DNA of 64,000 bases from an uncultured Spirochaetota bacterium (GTDB taxonomy: Bacteria; Spirochaetota; Spirochaetia; SZUA-6; Fen-1364): assembly GCA_963745235.1 (NCBI GenBank), contig CAVUXE010000099.1, positions 32,001 to 96,000 on the forward strand, given 5' to 3'. Under the pieces are notes generated by a model, which did no database searches, was not told the DNA's origin, and saw nothing but the letters and a program-made list of their open reading frames with translations. Positions 61,623 through 64,000 of this stretch are shown here, in pieces. Position numbers and translations under genes: made by a program. Every line of letters begins with the position of its first letter. The first letter of the stretch is position 1.

Positions 61623-63212
61623 ATGAAGGAGTCGGCGCAGCTGCGAAGCGCAGGCCCGGCAGGGGTGGGACGGGGAAGCTCGCTTTCGGCGGCCATCGTC
61701 ATGGCCTGCACCGCCGGCTCCCGCCTGTTCGGATACGTGCGGCAGGCGCTCTTCAGCTACTATTTCGGGGCCTCGGGGGCCGCGGACTCCCTGAACGCCG
61801 TCTTCAACATCCCGAACAACCTTCGTAAGCTCTTCGCGGAAGGGGCGTTCTCCTCCGCGTTCATCCCCGTCCTCTCCTCCACCATGGAGGAAGACCCGTC
61901 AGGAGCCAGGCCCCGAAGGCTCGCAAGCAACCTGGCCGCCTTTCTCATCATTGTCCTGCTCCCGCTTGTCGGCCTGAGCATCGCTTTCCCACGGCTCTTC
62001 GTCGAGACGCTGCTCAGGTTCTCTGATCCGGCAAAAGTGGCCGTCGGCGCCCAGGGCATGCAGTGGATGTTCAACTACATCCTCCTGGTCAGCCTCAGCG
62101 CCCTCGTGATGGCGGTGCTGAACTCGCACGGAAAGTTTACCGTCCCGGCCCTCAGCCCTCTTCTGTTCACGCTGGCGACCGTCCTTTCCATCGTGTTTCT
62201 CAACGGCCGGTTCGGCATCCTCTCCATGGGGATAGGCGTGCTCCTTGGCGGCATCCTCCAGCTTGCAGTGCAGATCCCATCCCTGCGGAAGCTCGGCTAC
62301 TCGGTGCGCCCGGACTTCCACCTGGCCAATCCTGATTTCACCCGCACCGTCCAGCTCTGGGTGCCGTACCTCGCTTCCGCCTCCATTCCCACGGTCACGC
62401 AGTTCTTTGCCCAGCTATTCGCCAGCGGCCTGGAGGATGGAAGCGTTTCGGCAATCGTCAATTCGGTGATGTTCCTCCAGATCCCCATCGGGATCTTCAC
62501 CGCGTCCATCAACACGGTGCTCTTTCCCCGCATGAGCAGGCAGGCCACGCGCTCGGACAGGGAAGGGTTGCGCGGATCGGTGTCCTATGGAATCGAGTCC
62601 CTCATTGTGCTTCTTGTCCCCTCGACGGTTCTCCTGTGCCTTTTCGGAAGGGAAATCATTGCGGCCGCGCTCCAGAGAGGGCATTTCAATCAGGCCGCGA
62701 CCTTGCTGGCATCCCGGACACTGACCGGCTACGCGGTTGGGCTCCTCTTCATGGGTGTCTACCAGTTCCTGCAGCGGCTGTTCTACTCGCTGAAAAGCTT
62801 CTCCGTCCCCCTTGCAAGCGCCGCGGTCGTGGCCGTGATCGACATTGCCCTTTCACTCATCCTGAAGGAGACCCCGCTCCGTGTGAGCGGCCTGGCATAC
62901 GCCAATTCCATTGCGTTCACGGTTGGGGCCATGATGCTTGCCGTCATTGCGCGTCGCAGGCTCGGGGGAATCGGGGCGCGTTCGGTTGCCCGCGCCCTGG
63001 GCAAATCCGTCCTCGGGTCGGTCCCCATGGCGATATTCATCATGCTGTTCCAGTCCTGGAAGCCCGGGCTTTGGGCACACGGCGGCAGCTTGCGCGGGGT
63101 TGCATGGATCGCGGCCGCGGCGCTCGTGGCCGTCGCGCTTACCCTCGTCGTCTACCTCGTGTTGAGAGTCCCTTTCCTTGCCGATGTGATTGCCAGGAGG
63201 AAAAAAGACTGA
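61623..63212 (+). CDS. murJ: Lipid II flippase MurJ
   Basis: Has SRLFGYVR and IPNNLRKLFAEGAFSSAFIPV, with many TM helices. Confidence 0.93.
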   Translation: MKESAQLRSAGPAGVGRGSSLSAAIVMACTAGSRLFGYVRQALFSYYFGASGAADSLNAVFNIPNNLRKLFAEGAFSSAFIPVLSSTMEEDPSGARPRRLASNLAAFLIIVLLPLVGLSIAFPRLFVETLLRFSDPAKVAVGAQGMQWMFNYILLVSLSALVMAVLNSHGKFTVPALSPLLFTLATVLSIVFLNGRFGILSMGIGVLLGGILQLAVQIPSLRKLGYSVRPDFHLANPDFTRTVQLWVPYLASASIPTVTQFFAQLFASGLEDGSVSAIVNSVMFLQIPIGIFTASINTVLFPRMSRQATRSDREGLRGSVSYGIESLIVLLVPSTVLLCLFGREIIAAALQRGHFNQAATLLASRTLTGYAVGLLFMGVYQFLQRLFYSLKSFSVPLASAAVVAVIDIALSLILKETPLRVSGLAYANSIAFTVGAMMLAVIARRRLGGIGARSVARALGKSVLGSVPMAIFIMLFQSWKPGLWAHGGSLRGVAWIAAAALVAVALTLVVYLVLRVPFLADVIARRKKD

Positions 63213-64000
63213 AGCCCGCATCCTGGTTTGCCGTCCTGTTGCCGGCAGTGCTGCTTCTTGCAGGCCTCCCCGGGGCGTTTGCGGCGGATGACCAGGCCAA
63301 GGCCATCGAGCGTACCCGACAGACCCTCCTGTATGGCATCGACAGCCAGGTCCTGGACGTGGTGCAACGGATCTCCTCCACGAGAGACGGACGGTTCACG
63401 AAGGAGCTCATCTCCGTGCTTTCGGACACCCGTTCGGCTGACGTCAAGAAGGCCATTCTCGGGGTCTTCCAGGACCAGGGCATAAAGGACGGGGAGGGCA
63501 TGGCCCGCCAGACCCTCGGTGACGTTGAGAACCAGGCGGGGGACGTCGTGGTGGCCTGCGTGCGCTACCTCTCCGCAATCCATGCGGCCGGGATTTCCCC
63601 CCTCCTTGTTCCCCTGCTTGATTCCGCGGACAACGGGGTGGCGTCGGAGGCCATACGCGCGTGCGGAAAGTCAGGAGAAGACTCCTGTGCCGCCGCGCTG
63701 GAGGCGAAGCTGAAAAGCCCGGACTTCCCGGATGCGCGCAAGTCTGACGTGATCCTGGCCCTCGGGGATCTCAAGGACCAGAAGGCAGCGGATGACCTCA
63801 TGGCCATCGCGAAAAACACGGACGAGGACAAGTTTCGAAGAGCGTATGCCGCGGATGCCCTGGGAAAGATCGGTGACGTCCGCGCGGTGCCCGTGCTCAA
63901 GAGCATGTTCGCGGAGAACGACGCGCTGGTGAGGGCATACGCCGCCTCCGCGCTTGCCCACTTCGGGCTGGACCAGGTGTTCCCCATGCTGATCCAGGGC
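63209..64000 (+). CDS. Exported HEAT-repeat protein, 3' truncated, missing from the ORF track
   Basis: Open frame reads (L/M)KPASWFAVLLPAVLLLAGLPGAFA-ADD...TLLYGIDSQV, with HEAT motifs ILALGDLKD, AADALGKIGD and VRAYAASALA. SD AGGAGG lies 8 nt before a CTG. Confidence 0.8.
   Translation, partial: MKPASWFAVLLPAVLLLAGLPGAFAADDQAKAIERTRQTLLYGIDSQVLDVVQRISSTRDGRFTKELISVLSDTRSADVKKAILGVFQDQGIKDGEGMARQTLGDVENQAGDVVVACVRYLSAIHAAGISPLLVPLLDSADNGVASEAIRACGKSGEDSCAAALEAKLKSPDFPDARKSDVILALGDLKDQKAADDLMAIAKNTDEDKFRRAYAADALGKIGDVRAVPVLKSMFAENDALVRAYAASALAHFGLDQVFPMLIQG

Overview
This is a high-GC bacterial chromosome segment, most likely from a free-living Spirochaetia member. The inference rests on gene order: smpB/FGE-domain gene/lepB-lepB/hemW/yebC/ruvCAB/queA, then tmk/tamB/bamA/ompH/mutS/comF/rimP-nusA-infB-rbfA-truB-ribF-rpsO-pnp/.../lptFG/tgt/murJ/HEAT, which is the conserved spirochete arrangement. 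About 20 single-base frameshifts, many in essential genes, point to an unpolished long-read assembly rather than real pseudogenes. The region from 19.2 to 64 kb is mostly housekeeping and 1-19 kb is accessory. Main observations: (1) a two-gene unit encoding a membrane-anchored, apparently periplasm-facing protein-L-isoaspartate methyltransferase and a 14-TM MFS-like protein with an apparently periplasmic SAM-binding domain, a candidate extracytoplasmic SAM-supplied repair system; (2) a decayed ~3.2-kb island in the tmRNA 3' end, with a 14-bp att repeat, an integrase stump, IS630/ankyrin/TPR fragments and an intact RelE-HTH toxin-antitoxin pair; (3) an unannotated 42-aa secreted peptide gene downstream of a POTRA-less Omp85-like barrel gene; (4) a TonB-CTD gene and a small Pro-rich exported protein gene coupled to tamB-bamA-ompH; (5) one 21-nt repeat family shared by nusA and infB but read in different frames. 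No CRISPR array, rRNA, tRNA or intact prophage was seen. All product calls come from motif recognition, not database searches.
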